From NCBI RefSeq assembly GCF_041886205.1, contig NZ_CP169029.1: a DNA stretch of 64,000 bases; one strand, written 5' to 3'. Below are positions 1-10,696 of the stretch, in pieces. A program made the translations under genes and the position numbers. The DNA is from Escherichia coli (GTDB lineage: Bacteria; Pseudomonadota; Gammaproteobacteria; Enterobacterales; Enterobacteriaceae). The notes beneath the pieces were generated by a model that saw only the letters and a program-made list of their open reading frames with translations, was not told the DNA's origin and did no database searches. Numbering within the stretch: position 1 is the first letter of the stretch; each line of letters begins with the position of its first letter.

Positions 1-855
1 CCATACAGCGCGGGCAACAGAGACCACCGAGTCACGGACGGCACGCAGAACCGTGCGTGCAACAGAGGCAATACAGACGCTCTCCGCCGTGTCAAATATC
101 CGGTCCACCGCACCGGTAAACTGTTCACGGGCCTGAGACCGGACAGATTCCGTGCGCAGCTCGTCCTGCAGGCGGGTCATCAGGGGACTGGCGGCATGGT
201 CGGGAAGCGCTGTCATGAGCGCACTGACCAGCGTATCCAGTTCCCAGCCGGTGCGGGCCGATACGGCCACAACCGGATGTACGGGCCGGAACAGACGGAA
301 TACCGCCTCCGTTTTTTCGCGAATATTCTGTGCCTGTGCAGGAGAAGGCTGAATACCGGCCATATCCCATTCATGGCAGGGCTCCGTTTTGTCGGCCTGC
401 GTCACCACAAACAGTACCCGCTGATGTCCCCGGTGCAGGATGTGTCGCCAGAAATACTCATCCACAGACAGGGCACGGTCATCGGCTTTAATCAGCCACA
501 GTACCAGGTCAAGTTCAGGCAGAATGTCACGGTACAGGGCCTCATACTCTGCATCCCTGTCCCGGCTCTCGCCCACCCCGGGCAGGTCAGTGATAACCAT
601 GCTGTGACCGTGGCCACTCAGACGGAAGCGCCGTACTTCCCGGGTGCCGGCGTGAACATCACTGACCGGGGTGACCTCCCCCTGAAACAGTGCATTACAG
701 AGTGAGGATTTACCGGCCCCGCTTTTACCCATAATGCCAATCACGGGTTCGTGACGGGTGAGTTTGCGCAGATGTTCCAGGATGTGACGGGAAAGTGAGT
801 AAGGCAGGGAGGAGAGCGGTTTTTCAATTGCCTCAATGGCATCAGACGGATTCAT
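1..855 (-). CDS. GTPase of the island-associated YeeP/YkfA/YfjP family; N-terminal 285 codons, C-terminus lies beyond the left window edge
   Basis: Minus-strand frame is open from the ATG at 853-855 to position 1 (no in-frame stop found on manual check of the first 180 nt). Translation begins MNPSDAIEAIEKPLSSLPYSLSRHILEHL and contains a P-loop GIMGKSGAGKSSL. Absent from the ORF track because it runs off the window. Confidence 0.75.
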   Translation of the reverse strand, partial: MNPSDAIEAIEKPLSSLPYSLSRHILEHLRKLTRHEPVIGIMGKSGAGKSSLCNALFQGEVTPVSDVHAGTREVRRFRLSGHGHSMVITDLPGVGESRDRDAEYEALYRDILPELDLVLWLIKADDRALSVDEYFWRHILHRGHQRVLFVVTQADKTEPCHEWDMAGIQPSPAQAQNIREKTEAVFRLFRPVHPVVAVSARTGWELDTLVSALMTALPDHAASPLMTRLQDELRTESVRSQAREQFTGAVDRIFDTAESVCIASVARTVLRAVRDSVVSVARAVW

Positions 856-2085
856 ACATGTATTCCCGGTGAAAAAAGACAAAACCCCGCGCACCGGAAA
901 GGTGGCGGGGGATTCACGGAGATAATATCTGTCTGAAATTGTTTTGAATCGATGGGATTGTTGCGTATTAACATGAAGGAGATCAGGACTTATCCGTTAC
1001 TGGGTGATCTCCTTCCATGAAAATACGCCGTTATTGTTAAACAGCAGGCTGATTTCTCCGTAAAGGGGAAAATATTTATCGGCTGTATGATTATCAGGTG
1101 TGTCTGTGTTTACTGCTGTGAGTATTTTTTAGTGTATTGTGGGGGAGATGTCAGTGGGAGATATTAAATTTACGTTTATAATTATCTTACTTCTTCTGTG
1201 TGTTTTTTATAAGAGTGCACACGTAATGATATCTGTTGATACCATGTGGTTAAGTGTTTCCCTTCCTGGTCATGCGTAATGATTAAATGCTTTTGTGACA
1301 CCATTCTTCCGGTCTGAATATTTATCCCGTTCTTTTTTATTTGTGCAGTGATACTGTCGGAAGAGAATTCAGTAATGTGAGGTGTCCTGGTCAGGATAAT
1401 ATCTGCTGAGATATTATTAGTTGAGTGTGTTTTACTGAGCAAAAGCTGGCTTTTAATTCCTGTACTGAAACACTGTCGCTCGTCCGGGGTTAACTGAAAC
1501 TGGATGATGATGTAAAATGAAGGCTGTTTTTGTGTTTGTCGAAGAAGTGTTATTTTAATCCATTCTCATCATTGGCTGGCGATTATACAGAAGTATTTGA
1601 AGAAAAAATGGTGCATTTTATCTGTGTCAGCAGGGAAGAAGTATTTTATTGATGTATCAGTATTAAATGGTTTTTGTTATTTATAAAAATGTCATCCTGT
1701 CCATAAAATATTGTACTCAGCATTCAGTGCAGGAACTGTAGTCTTCTTTATTTTATTCTTCTTCAGGAGGGGGGGTGATTCCTGAAGGCGTTATTCCCGG
1801 TGTTCTGTTTATGATTCTTCCCGGCAGGAAACCGGTATCTGCAATACCCGGGATGATGCTTTTTGTTCGTACGTGGTTGTGTAAAATTTGAATAGTGGAT
1901 GTGCTCCGAAGGGAAGGAGGGGACACACAGATTCATTTTGTCTTTCTTCAGCAGCAAAATACACCGTGGTTATTATTTAACCATTAAATCAACAAAAAAT
2001 TTTACCTCATATTGATTTGACTGCTATTTTTGCTATTAATAGCCAGAATTGCAGTGCTTTTATATCTGTGTATAGTGAGGTTACT

Positions 2086-3570
2086 ATGTCATTCGGTCAG
2101 CCTTGTGATGAGTTTCCCCTGAGTTCGCTGCCTCCACTCATTCGTGATGCCGTTATTGAAGCTCAGCAAATTACGCAGGCTCCCCTTGGGCTTGTGGCAG
2201 CGTCTGCCCTGGGCGCTGTTTCACTTGTCTGCCAGAATCTGATTGATGTCTGCAGACTGAATACACTGCGGGGGCCGGTCTCTCTTTTTTTCCTGACGCT
2301 TGCCGAGTCCGGAGAACGAAAAACCGCAGTGGACAAATTATTAATGAAGCCCCTGTACCAGCAGGAGATGCAGTTATATTCCAGATACAAAAGTGAACTG
2401 GCTGTCTGGAAAAACAAGGAAGAGCTTTTAAAGGCTCAGAAAAAAGCATTGTTGTCAAAACTGAATAAAGAACTCCGCAAAGGCGCGGATGAGTCAGAAA
2501 CCCTCAGACAACTGGAAGTACTTCAGAAAAACAGTGCGGAAGAACCTGTGAGGTATAAATTCATTTTTAATGATGCCACGACTGCGGCAATTAAGAATCA
2601 GCTTTGTGGTAAATGGCGTTCAGTGGGTATTATGTCAGATGAAGCCGGTATTATATTTGATGGATATACCCTGTCTGAGTTGCCTTTTATTAACAAAATG
2701 TGGGATGGCTCTGTATTGTCTGTGGACAGAAAGAATGAACCCGAACAGATGATTGAAAATGCCAGAATGACGTTATCCCTCATGGTGCAACCCGGTCTTT
2801 TTGACCGATATATGGAGCGAAAAGGTTCTGTTGCCAGGGACAGTGGTTTTCTTGCCCGTTGTCTTATCAGTAAACCTGCAACCACGCAGGGGAAACGCTT
2901 TATTAACGGAGCTGTGATTCCGGGAGGATCATTAACGGCATTTCATGAACGATTAATGGAACTGGCCAGAGGCAGTATTGAAAAATCCAGTGAGGATGAA
3001 CGGTATTGTCTGCATTTTTCGCCTGAAGCGCAAAAAATATTTATTGAGCACTATAATGTTCTGGAGCAGGATTTATCCCCTTCCGGACCCTTAAGCCCGT
3101 TTCGGGGACATGTTTCAAAAAAAACAGAAAACATTGCAAGAATTGCAGCGTTATTTCAGTATTTCAGCTATGGTGAAGGGAAAATCTCTGCCGATATCAT
3201 GACGTCTGCTGTCGTAATAAGTTCGTGGTACACAGATGAATATAAAAAATTATTTGCGTTACCTGATGAATCTGAACTGCAGCAGAAGGACGCCGAGGAG
3301 CTGTTCGACTGGCTCATTGAGGAGTGCCGCGGAGAATGCCCACCCCGTGTCAGGAAAAATTATATTCTCCAGTGTGGCCCGGGTCGGTTCAGAAACAGGA
3401 AAAAACTGAACGCATTGCTGAACATTCTTGAATCTCAGTTCAGGCTTTCTGTCGTGCCGGAAGGAAAAACCATGTATGTTCTGCTTCCCCAGATAGCCAG
3501 TTTAAAGTTGTCTGATGTCTCTGGTATTTTTACCTCGGGTTATCACTACAATAAGCTGAGAGCGAAGTAA
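2086..3570 (+). CDS. large island cargo protein, YfjI/DUF3987-like (about 494 aa)
   Basis: ORF 2017..3570; ATG at 2086 is preceded by a GAGG ribosome-binding site. Family call is from recollection of CP4-57-type islands, not from a search. Confidence 0.5.
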   Translation: MSFGQPCDEFPLSSLPPLIRDAVIEAQQITQAPLGLVAASALGAVSLVCQNLIDVCRLNTLRGPVSLFFLTLAESGERKTAVDKLLMKPLYQQEMQLYSRYKSELAVWKNKEELLKAQKKALLSKLNKELRKGADESETLRQLEVLQKNSAEEPVRYKFIFNDATTAAIKNQLCGKWRSVGIMSDEAGIIFDGYTLSELPFINKMWDGSVLSVDRKNEPEQMIENARMTLSLMVQPGLFDRYMERKGSVARDSGFLARCLISKPATTQGKRFINGAVIPGGSLTAFHERLMELARGSIEKSSEDERYCLHFSPEAQKIFIEHYNVLEQDLSPSGPLSPFRGHVSKKTENIARIAALFQYFSYGEGKISADIMTSAVVISSWYTDEYKKLFALPDESELQQKDAEELFDWLIEECRGECPPRVRKNYILQCGPGRFRNRKKLNALLNILESQFRLSVVPEGKTMYVLLPQIASLKLSDVSGIFTSGYHYNKLRAK

Positions 3571-3891
3571 CCGGTGAGCAGTTTTTCTCCATTATGCTTC
3601 AGACTTAGATGATTGATTATTATGGGGATTTCATCACCGATATTCAGATGTATGAATATCGGTGATGAACTAAAGCTCAGGAGCTGCGTGGTGGTGATGA
3701 ATCAACAGGCATATAACTGATACCCGCCGGTCAGAAGTTCCAGCCTGCGACTTTCCTGTCTGCGTGCCCGCAGTCCGGCGTTCAGGTGCAGCGTGTGACA
3801 GAACGCACGGAGAGCGAAACGGCAGGCAGACAGGCCGTTCAGTCAGCCCTGGCACCCTGCCCGGATACCAGCTTCCCTGAAACAACTGGCA

Positions 3892-4500
3892 TCAGGTGCG
3901 CTTATCGTCAACCGTTGTGCGGTATGCCAGGAGCACGTACTGATCCATCAGATCCGTCAGTGCTGCGCTCTGCTTCTGACGGTTGATGATCCATTCCTCC
4001 AGCTCTTTTTCTGATTTCCGTTTCAGATTCTCCGTCCAGTCGTCAAGGCAGTTTCCGGTCATTAAATCAAGCCAGCAAAGCCAGACCAGTTTGAGGCGCA
4101 ACTCCGTGCCACCAAACTGACGGAAGAGGCTGATCAGTTTATTTGCCAGCGAACGCTGCCTCAGACGTTCACATTCAGACAGGAGAATGCCTTCCAGCAT
4201 CGGATGATGAACCAGCAGATGTTCACTGGTGCATAAATTCACTATCAGATCATCATCCAGGGGCGGCGTGGTCCGTTTGTCCGGACCATAAATCAGCCGG
4301 TGCAGACTCTGGGGTACGATGGCAATCTCCGGTTTTTCACCATTGAATGACACCCACCCGGGCGTCAGATTATGGAAGTAGTAGATATTCGGATGACACA
4401 CGCCCCAGGATACGGCGTGCCGGGTGAAGCCGGTCAGCCATTTCTGGTAGCTTTCGTGGAGCAGCTCGTAACGGGTCTGATACTGTGGTTTCATTTTCAT
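3892..4500 (-). CDS. hypothetical island protein (about 203 aa)
   Basis: ORF 3892..4641; internal ATG at 4500 (MKMKPQYQTRYELL) with a GAGGA RBS avoids overlap with alpA. Confidence 0.45.
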   Translation of the reverse strand: MKMKPQYQTRYELLHESYQKWLTGFTRHAVSWGVCHPNIYYFHNLTPGWVSFNGEKPEIAIVPQSLHRLIYGPDKRTTPPLDDDLIVNLCTSEHLLVHHPMLEGILLSECERLRQRSLANKLISLFRQFGGTELRLKLVWLCWLDLMTGNCLDDWTENLKRKSEKELEEWIINRQKQSAALTDLMDQYVLLAYRTTVDDKRT

Positions 4501-4580
4501 ATTCCTCACGGGGGATAACAGGCAGCAGAACGCCGCCGGCAGGCCGGAGACTGCGTCTGTTGCAGATGAACGGTTAAGAA

Positions 4581-4787
4581 TTACGGACGGGACTGTGCAA
4601 TACGCGCCTGCAGCCAGGCTTCCACTTCGCTTTTCAGCCATCGGGAGCTGCGGCCCATTTTGATGGGCGCAGGAAAGTCACCATCCTTGATGAGTTTGTA
4701 AAACCACTTATCGGTCAGGCCGGTCAGTTGAGTGATAAATGCCATGTCGACCATCTGGTCATCCATCAGTGAAACTGGGGTGATCAT
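4581..4787 (-). CDS. alpA: AlpA-family island/prophage transcriptional regulator (small HTH protein)
   Basis: 68-aa product MITPVSLMDDQMVDMAFITQLTGLTDKWFYKLIKDGDFPAPIKMGRSSRWLKSEVEAWL from the internal ATG at 4787 of ORF 4581..4859. Confidence 0.8.
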   Translation of the reverse strand: MITPVSLMDDQMVDMAFITQLTGLTDKWFYKLIKDGDFPAPIKMGRSSRWLKSEVEAWLQARIAQSRP

Positions 4788-6412
4788 GAGAATGTTCCTC
4801 CGGATGTTGTTAAACCAGCCGGTGTGGTCATGAAAACAACGCACCACCTTCACCGGCATAACAACCGGGGAGAAACGTAAAAAATAATCGGGAATGTGAC
4901 CGCCAGGAGATAAACGGGGAGGTTACGGTGGCTGAGCCGTACCGGTATGCCGGGTGGTTGTTACGAAACGATGCTTCCGCACGCGCGCGCGATAAAGAAG
5001 GGATGATTTTCGTGAGGAAGAGGGGAAAACTGGCGTTCTGATAATTGCAGAGTTATTTACGGGGCGGTTACGATGGGGCAGACCATGTCCGGTGGGCAGG
5101 CGACAGGTATCACCGATGGGATAAGACTGTCTGATTGGTATTATAAATATAAGAAGTTATCAGAGAGTAACGTAAAGGATTTGCCAGAATAACCTAAGAG
5201 AGTAAATCTCTCCGGTAACAGAGCGCTGTGAAGCATTCTGTATCAGAGTGCAAATACATGAACGCTGATGCGTAAAATCAGCAGTGACACGCCAGCTCCC
5301 CCTATGCCCATTCCTGTATAAGACATGAACTGAGCGTATTAATGCTCCTGCCCTGAAACTGAGCCGGTGAGTGAGGGGCTGAGAAATCCCTCTTGACACA
5401 GCTCTAACCAGAAATACTTCCCCGGTTGTTGCGGTGCGTCCGGATCCCCGATAACGGAACACTAAGGCTGTATTGCGGGACACCAGGTAAGTGGCAGCCC
5501 GTAATACGTCAGGAGACGCGGGAAAAGTGATTTCCCATACGCGTTATAAACTTACCCCTGCGGAGATGGAAGCCTTCAACTCTGCGGTCGATCACCGACT
5601 GGCAGAACTGACAATGAACAAGCTTTACGATCGTGTTCCCGCTTCAGTCTGGAAATATGTCATCTGAGCGTTCGGTAATCACAACTGCATCGCGCCAGGT
5701 GTTATCCGCTTTGTGATTCTTATTGGCTCTTCTCAGGTTATTAAAAGCTGAATATGTTCCTGTTGTCGGGAACTAGGATAATACCGGGAACGTTAAGCGG
5801 TATAGCGACAACAAAGAATTCGAAATCAAAAGGGAATGGTGTACGGAGGTGTAGGCGGTAATGGGCCGATTTTCGGGCATTACCGACCTCTGCTGAGGTT
5901 TTCTCGTATTTATCGGGGAGCTGGTGCGTTACTGTCACTGTCTGGCACAGCAAACGCAGAGGTGGCGGGGCGCTCTGCTCCGCTGACTCCGGCTAATCTC
6001 TCCCCTTTTACCTACTGCAACAGTACAAATACACTGACGCCTGAAATGACAGCCAGAATCAGCACAGGCAGTAACGTCAGTAGACAAAGCAGACGATCGG
6101 TATTTCGGTAATAATCGAAGGGATCTGCTGACACGTAGCCCGGGCAACATTCCGTATTATGAGGGATGGCGTTATCACAATCCCTGCACACCGTTTTGCG
6201 TATCACCATCACGTCCTCCTCACAATCTTATCCGTAACCGGCTTTTTGCATTAAAAAAACAACGCTGAAAATTCAGCCGTCAGTCCGGAGACGACAGTCG
6301 GGTTATCTCAGAGTGCCTGAGATATTGCCTGGTTGGAGATCACTTCAGGGACTCTGCGCATTTTTTACGGCGTGGTTAATCCGTATGAACGAAACCATAC
6401 GGAGATTTAACC

Positions 6413-6982
6413 ATGACCTACAAATACAACCCCTTCTGGCAGCAACGTATTCGTGAGACGGTGCGGCACGCACTGGATGTTCATCCCCGTCTGACGGCAT
6501 TGCGGGTTGATCTGCGTCTCCCGGATGTACCGGCAGCAACGGACGCGGCTGTGATATCCCGCTTCATCAATGCCCTGAAAGCCCGCATCGACGCTTACCA
6601 GAAACGTAAGCATCGGGAAGGTAAACGCGTGCATTCCTCGACCCTGCATTACGCCTGGGCCCGGGAGTTCGGGGAGCTTAAAGGCAAAAAACACTATCAC
6701 CTGCTGCTGCTGGTCAACCGGGATACCTGGTGTCGTGCCGGCGATTACCGCGCTCCGGGGTCACTGGCCGGAATGATTAAACAGGCCTGGTGCAGTGCCC
6801 TGGGGGTGGATGCCGGATGTTATGCCACGCTGGTGCATTTTCCGGTCAGGCCGGCGGTGTGGCTGGAACGCGATGATGAAACCGGCTTTCAGCAGGTGCT
6901 GGAACGTGCTGGCTATCTGGCGAAGGAGCATACCAAAGCTCGCGGCACCGGTGAGCGCAACTTTGGCTGCAGTCGTGGCTGA
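6413..6982 (+). CDS. YagK/YfjJ-type (inovirus Gp2-like) island protein with a His-hydrophobe-His motif
   Basis: 189-aa ORF with an ACGGAG RBS; N-terminus MTYKYNPFWQQRI...HPRLTALRVDLRLP and an HYHLLLL motif. Confidence 0.5.
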   Translation: MTYKYNPFWQQRIRETVRHALDVHPRLTALRVDLRLPDVPAATDAAVISRFINALKARIDAYQKRKHREGKRVHSSTLHYAWAREFGELKGKKHYHLLLLVNRDTWCRAGDYRAPGSLAGMIKQAWCSALGVDAGCYATLVHFPVRPAVWLERDDETGFQQVLERAGYLAKEHTKARGTGERNFGCSRG

Positions 6983-7142
6983 GCCCGACAGACGACTTAT
7001 CTGACCTTAGTGTGATGACGCGTTCACAGCGACCACACTGATTTTCCCTTCTGAGACTGAACTGAAAACCGCTATTCACACCTGACCACGCTGCCCGTAC
7101 CGGGACGGCTGTTGCCTGCGTGTCGTCTGGCGGCTGAGGAAT

Positions 7143-7475
7143 ATGACGATGTACGCAAAATCCTTTCTCGCACTTGATGGCAACGGGCGTCTGACTGGTG
7201 CCCGTACCGCACAGACTGCACCTTACGATCGCTACACTTGCCACCTTTGCGGCAGTACACTCAGATACCATCCGCAATACGACACTGAACTTCCCTGGTT
7301 TGAACACACTGACGAAGGGCTGACTAAGCACGGTCATGAGTGCCCTTATGTCAGACCGGAGTGCAGAGAAATACAACTGATTAAGCGTCTGCAGAAATTC
7401 GTACCGGATGCCTTACCCGTGGTGCGTAAAGCCAGCTGGCACTGCACGAAACAAGGCATTGGATCTTGTAGGTAA
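7143..7475 (+). CDS. GC-rich N-terminal segment with a Cys/His cluster (zinc-ribbon-like); possibly the 5' part of a frameshifted or recombined gene continuing in 7408..7725
   Basis: 110-aa ORF containing YTCHLCGS...HGHECPY; it overlaps the next ORF in another frame for 68 nt. Confidence 0.35.
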   Translation: MTMYAKSFLALDGNGRLTGARTAQTAPYDRYTCHLCGSTLRYHPQYDTELPWFEHTDEGLTKHGHECPYVRPECREIQLIKRLQKFVPDALPVVRKASWHCTKQGIGSCR

Positions 7476-7725
7476 TTTAGGAGCGGACTCTAAGCCAGTT
7501 ATCGGACGTTTGGAAGTCAGCGCTGGTAATGGGAAAGTCATAGGGCGGCAATCCAGCGACGGAAAAGTTGGTTGGCGTGTTGATTATGATCCTGAAAAAG
7601 GCACACACATATATATATGGGATTACTCACAGGGTAAAGGTCCTGGAAAAGCGGTGAAGCAAGTCATACCTTTTGAAGGCAATGAAAAGTCTTTTGAAAC
7701 AAAATTGAAACAGCTAAACAGGTAG
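7408..7725 (+). CDS. small toxin-like C-terminal domain (GC-poor), putative
   Basis: 105-aa ORF ending ...GKVGWRVDYDPEKGTHIYIWDYSQGKG...; marked GC drop relative to 7143-7440; its stop lies 5 nt before the next start. Confidence 0.4.
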   Translation: MPYPWCVKPAGTARNKALDLVGNLGADSKPVIGRLEVSAGNGKVIGRQSSDGKVGWRVDYDPEKGTHIYIWDYSQGKGPGKAVKQVIPFEGNEKSFETKLKQLNR

Positions 7726-7730
7726 AGTAA

Positions 7731-8105
7731 ATGACTTTATTTGATGAGTGTCGGGAAGCACTGAGTGCTGATTTTAATATAGTAGAGGGGCTGGCTCAGC
7801 AGGAGGCTATGGGCATTTTAAATAAGTATCCTCTCGCGAAAGGACGTGTTACTTGGTCAGAGATCAGGCATTCTGATTATGAGAGTTTTGATGAGTTATT
7901 GAGTGCAAACTCTGTAAAAAACGATGACATGTTTGTCTTTGCAGATGATGCAAGTATTCCAGTTTTTAGGTCAAATCTAAGATTAATCGCTGAAAATATC
8001 TATGACGTAACAGCTTTATCGCCCAAATTATTCATTTTTAATGATGAAGTGATAATACAACCTTTATTCCCAACTGATATGTTCCGTTTAGGAATCAAGA
8101 AATAG
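7731..8105 (+). CDS. putative cognate immunity/antitoxin protein (124 aa, acidic, GC-poor)
   Basis: Tightly coupled downstream ORF with AGGTAGAG RBS-like sequence, followed by a terminator hairpin. Confidence 0.45.
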   Translation: MTLFDECREALSADFNIVEGLAQQEAMGILNKYPLAKGRVTWSEIRHSDYESFDELLSANSVKNDDMFVFADDASIPVFRSNLRLIAENIYDVTALSPKLFIFNDEVIIQPLFPTDMFRLGIKK

Positions 8106-8122
8106 TGGGAAAGCTCGCAAAT

Positions 8123-8149
8123 CCCGGCCATTATGCCGGGATTTTTTTG
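8123..8149 (+). terminator. rho-independent terminator (CCCGGC-attat-GCCGGG followed by a T tract)
   Basis: Perfect 6-bp stem with 5-nt loop followed by ATTTTTTT immediately after the 7731..8105 ORF; may equally be the left-end hairpin of the adjacent IS200-type element. Confidence 0.5.
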
Positions 8150-8291
8150 TGCACAGAAAACCCCCGGCTAGGCTGGGGGTTCCGGAAAGCTTTCAGCTTT
8201 GAGCCAGTTATTAAAACCCCTTTTGATTTGTTAAAACACCTTGCGGTCTGGCAACTGCAAGTGTCAAACATGAAATCAAAAGGGGGTCCCA

Positions 8292-8836
8292 ATGGGGAAC
8301 GAAAAGAGTTTAGCGCACACCCGATGGAACTGTAAATATCACATAGTTTTTGCGCCAAAATACCGAAGACTGGTGTTCTATAGAGAGAAGCGTAGAGCAA
8401 CAGGCAGTATTTTGAGAAAGCTGTGTGAGTGGAAAAGCGTACGGATTCTTGAAGCTGAATGCTGTGCAGATCATGTCCATATGATTGTGGAGACCCGCCC
8501 AAAATGAGCGTATCCGGCTTTATGGGATATCTGAAAGGGAAAAGCAGTCCGATGCTTTACGAGCAGTCTGGGGATTTGAAATTCAAATACAGGAACAGGG
8601 AGTTCTGGTGCAGAGGGTACTACGTCGATACGGTGGGTAAGAACATGGCGAAGATACAGGATTACATAAAGCACCAGCTTGAAGAGGATAAAATGGGAGA
8701 GCAGTTATCGATTCCCTATCCGGGCAGCCCGTTTAATTCTGGAGGATATTTATTATCAGAAACAGGTCATATTCATATAATAAATAATGTATATAATTTT
8801 ATTGTTAAGTATGTAAAGGATAATACAGCATGGTAG
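8292..8836 (+). pseudogene. tnpA: IS200/IS605-family Y1 transposase TnpA, frameshifted
   Basis: ORF 8292..8507 (MGNEKSLAHTRWNCKYHIVFAPKYRR...HVHMIVE) and ORF 8459..8836 (...MSVSGFMGYLKGKSSPMLYEQSGDLKFKYRNREFWCRGYYVDTVGKN) together reconstruct a typical IS200 TnpA split by a frameshift near 8500. Confidence 0.8.
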
Positions 8837-9156
8837 TTTTGCGACATAACACACAAAAACAACACTCATGAAACAAAATGCCTTTATATGTTTTTATTTT
8901 GATGCATAATTGTTAATGACTATGAATGAGGGATGCAACACTATCGCATCTTCGGTTATTCCCTTAAATACTTACCTGCCATATGTCCGTATGGCAGGCT
9001 TTTTTCATTAACAGGCTTGCTGTTACATATCACTGTATTTCTCTTTTCCTTCCCTGTACTGCTTTTAGACTGGCCCCCTGAATCTCCAGACAACCAGTAT
9101 CACTTATTTAAGTGATAGTCTTAATACTAGTTTTTAGACTAGTCATTGGAGAACAG

Positions 9157-9521
9157 ATGATTGATGTCTTAGGGCCGGAGAAACGCAGACGGCGTACCAC
9201 ACAGGAAAAGATCGCAATTGTTCAGCAGAGCTTTGAACCGGGGATGACGGTCTCCCTCGTTGCCCGGCAACATGGTGTAGCAGCCAGCCAGTTATTTCTC
9301 TGGCGTAAGCAATACCAGGAAGGAAGTCTTCTGCTGTGGCCGCCGGAGAACAGGTTGTTCCTGCCTCTGAGCTTGCTGCCGCCATGAAGCAGATTAAAGA
9401 ACTCCAGCGCCTGCTCGGCAAGAAAACGATGGAAAATGAACTCCTCAAAGAAGCCGTTGAATATGGACGGGCAAAAAAGTGGATAGCGCACGCGCCCTTA
9501 TTGCCCGGGGATGGGGAGTAA
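9157..9521 (+). pseudogene. insC: IS2 InsC (OrfA) with a 1-bp deletion frameshift
   Basis: [58 protein letters not shown] then frame changes; the downstream ORF 9336..9521 carries the InsC C-terminus. The sequence reads GGAAGTCTT-CTGCTGTGGC at 9321-9340 where, from memory, canonical IS2 has one extra A. Confidence 0.75.
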
Positions 9522-10384
9522 GCTTAGTCAGCCGTTGTCTCCGGGTGTCGCGTGCGCAGTTGCACGTCATTCTCAGACGAACCGATGACTGGATGGATGG
9601 CCGCCGCAGTCGTCACACTGATGATACGGATGTGCTTCTCCGTATACACCATGTTATCGGGGAGCTGCCCACGTATGGTTATCGTCGGGTATGGGCGCTG
9701 CTTCGCAGACAGGCAGAACTTGATGGTATGCCTGCGATCAATGCCAAACGTGTTTACCGGATCATGCGCCAGAATGCGCTGTTGCTTGAGCGAAAACCTG
9801 CTGTACCGCCATCGAAACGGGCACATACAGGCAGAGTGGCCGTGAAAGAAAGCAATCAGCGATGGTGCTCTGACGGGTTCGAGTTCTGCTGTGATAACGG
9901 AGAGAGACTGCGTGTCACGTTCGCGCTGGACTGCTGTGATCGTGAGGCACTGCACTGGGCGGTGACTACCGGCGGCTTCAACAGTGAAACAGTACAGGAC
10001 GTCATGCTGGGAGCGGTGGAACGCCGCTTCGGCAACGAGCTTCCGGCGTCTCCAGTAGAGTGGCTGACGGATAATGGTTCATGCTACCGGGCTAATGAAA
10101 CACGGCAGTTTGCCCGGATGTTGGGGCTTGAACCGAAGAGCACGGCGGTGCGGAGTCCGGAGAGTAACGGCATAGCAGAGAGCTTCGTGAAAACGATAAA
10201 GCGTGACTACATCAGTGTCATGCCCAAACCAGACGGGTTAACGGCAGCAAAGAACCTTGCAGAGGCGTTCGAGCATTATAACGAATGGCATCCGCATAGT
10301 GCACTGGGTTATCGCTCGCCACGGGAATATCTACGGCAGCAAGCCAGTAATGGGTTAAGTGATAACAGGTGTCTGGAAATATAG
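9479..10384 (+). CDS. insD: IS2 InsD (OrfB) DDE transposase, 301 aa, apparently intact
   Basis: Full-length ORF with the integrase-core region (...[47 protein letters not shown]...). Confidence 0.9.
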
Positions 10385-10670
10385 GGGCAAATCCAGCTTT
10401 ATCGTCCGTGTGCTGGTGTTATATATGAGGGAAGCAGAGTTGTCGCCGGACCCAGTTCTGGTGTGCAGTGCTGCATTGTCGTAATGTCCGTGATTGATAA
10501 TCATGCTTCTTGTATAACGACAATGAGATGTCCGGGCTCAAATCATAATGTGGTCAGGGCGTCATCGCGAAAATTCGGTTATCATAAATACCTTTCGTTT
10601 TTTCCAGGGCTTTACAGGCAGACCAGTTGAAAAGCACCGTAATATCGAAAAGTAATAACTCTGGAGACAT

Positions 10671-10696
10671 AAAAAAGCCGGCGAAAAACGCCGGCA
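10671..10696 (-). terminator. rho-independent terminator on the minus strand
   Basis: Minus-strand reading GCCGGCG-ttttt-CGCCGGC followed by TTTTTT; the plus-strand reading lacks a T tract. Confidence 0.4.

Larger units (their letters stand above)
9065..10395 (+). mobile_element. IS2 (IS3 family), 1331 bp, flanked by a 5-bp direct repeat GCTTT
   Basis: Left end TAGACTGGCCCCCTGAATCTCCAGACAACC at 9065, right end ...TAGGGGCAAATCCA at 10395; GCTTT at 9060-9064 and 10396-10400; carries insC/insD. Confidence 0.9.

Noticed and set aside
196-705. 169-aa plus-strand ORF (and short ORFs 125..370, 152..352)
   Set aside because: Lies antisense within the GTPase coding frame, which has the P-loop and a proper start; no RBS or recognisable domain. 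Treated as a shadow ORF.
5160-6212. ORFs 5160..5483 (-), 5741..5953 (-), 5836..6111 (+), 5935..6150 (-), 6012..6212 (-)
   Set aside because: Mutually overlapping with no RBS and odd composition. The 66-aa Cys-rich/hydrophobic ORF 6012..6212 could be real but I cannot support it; a 34-codon plus-strand ORF near 5563-5667 (MEAFNSAVDHRLAELTMNKLYDRVPASVWKYVI) with a GCGGAG RBS is noted but too short to call.
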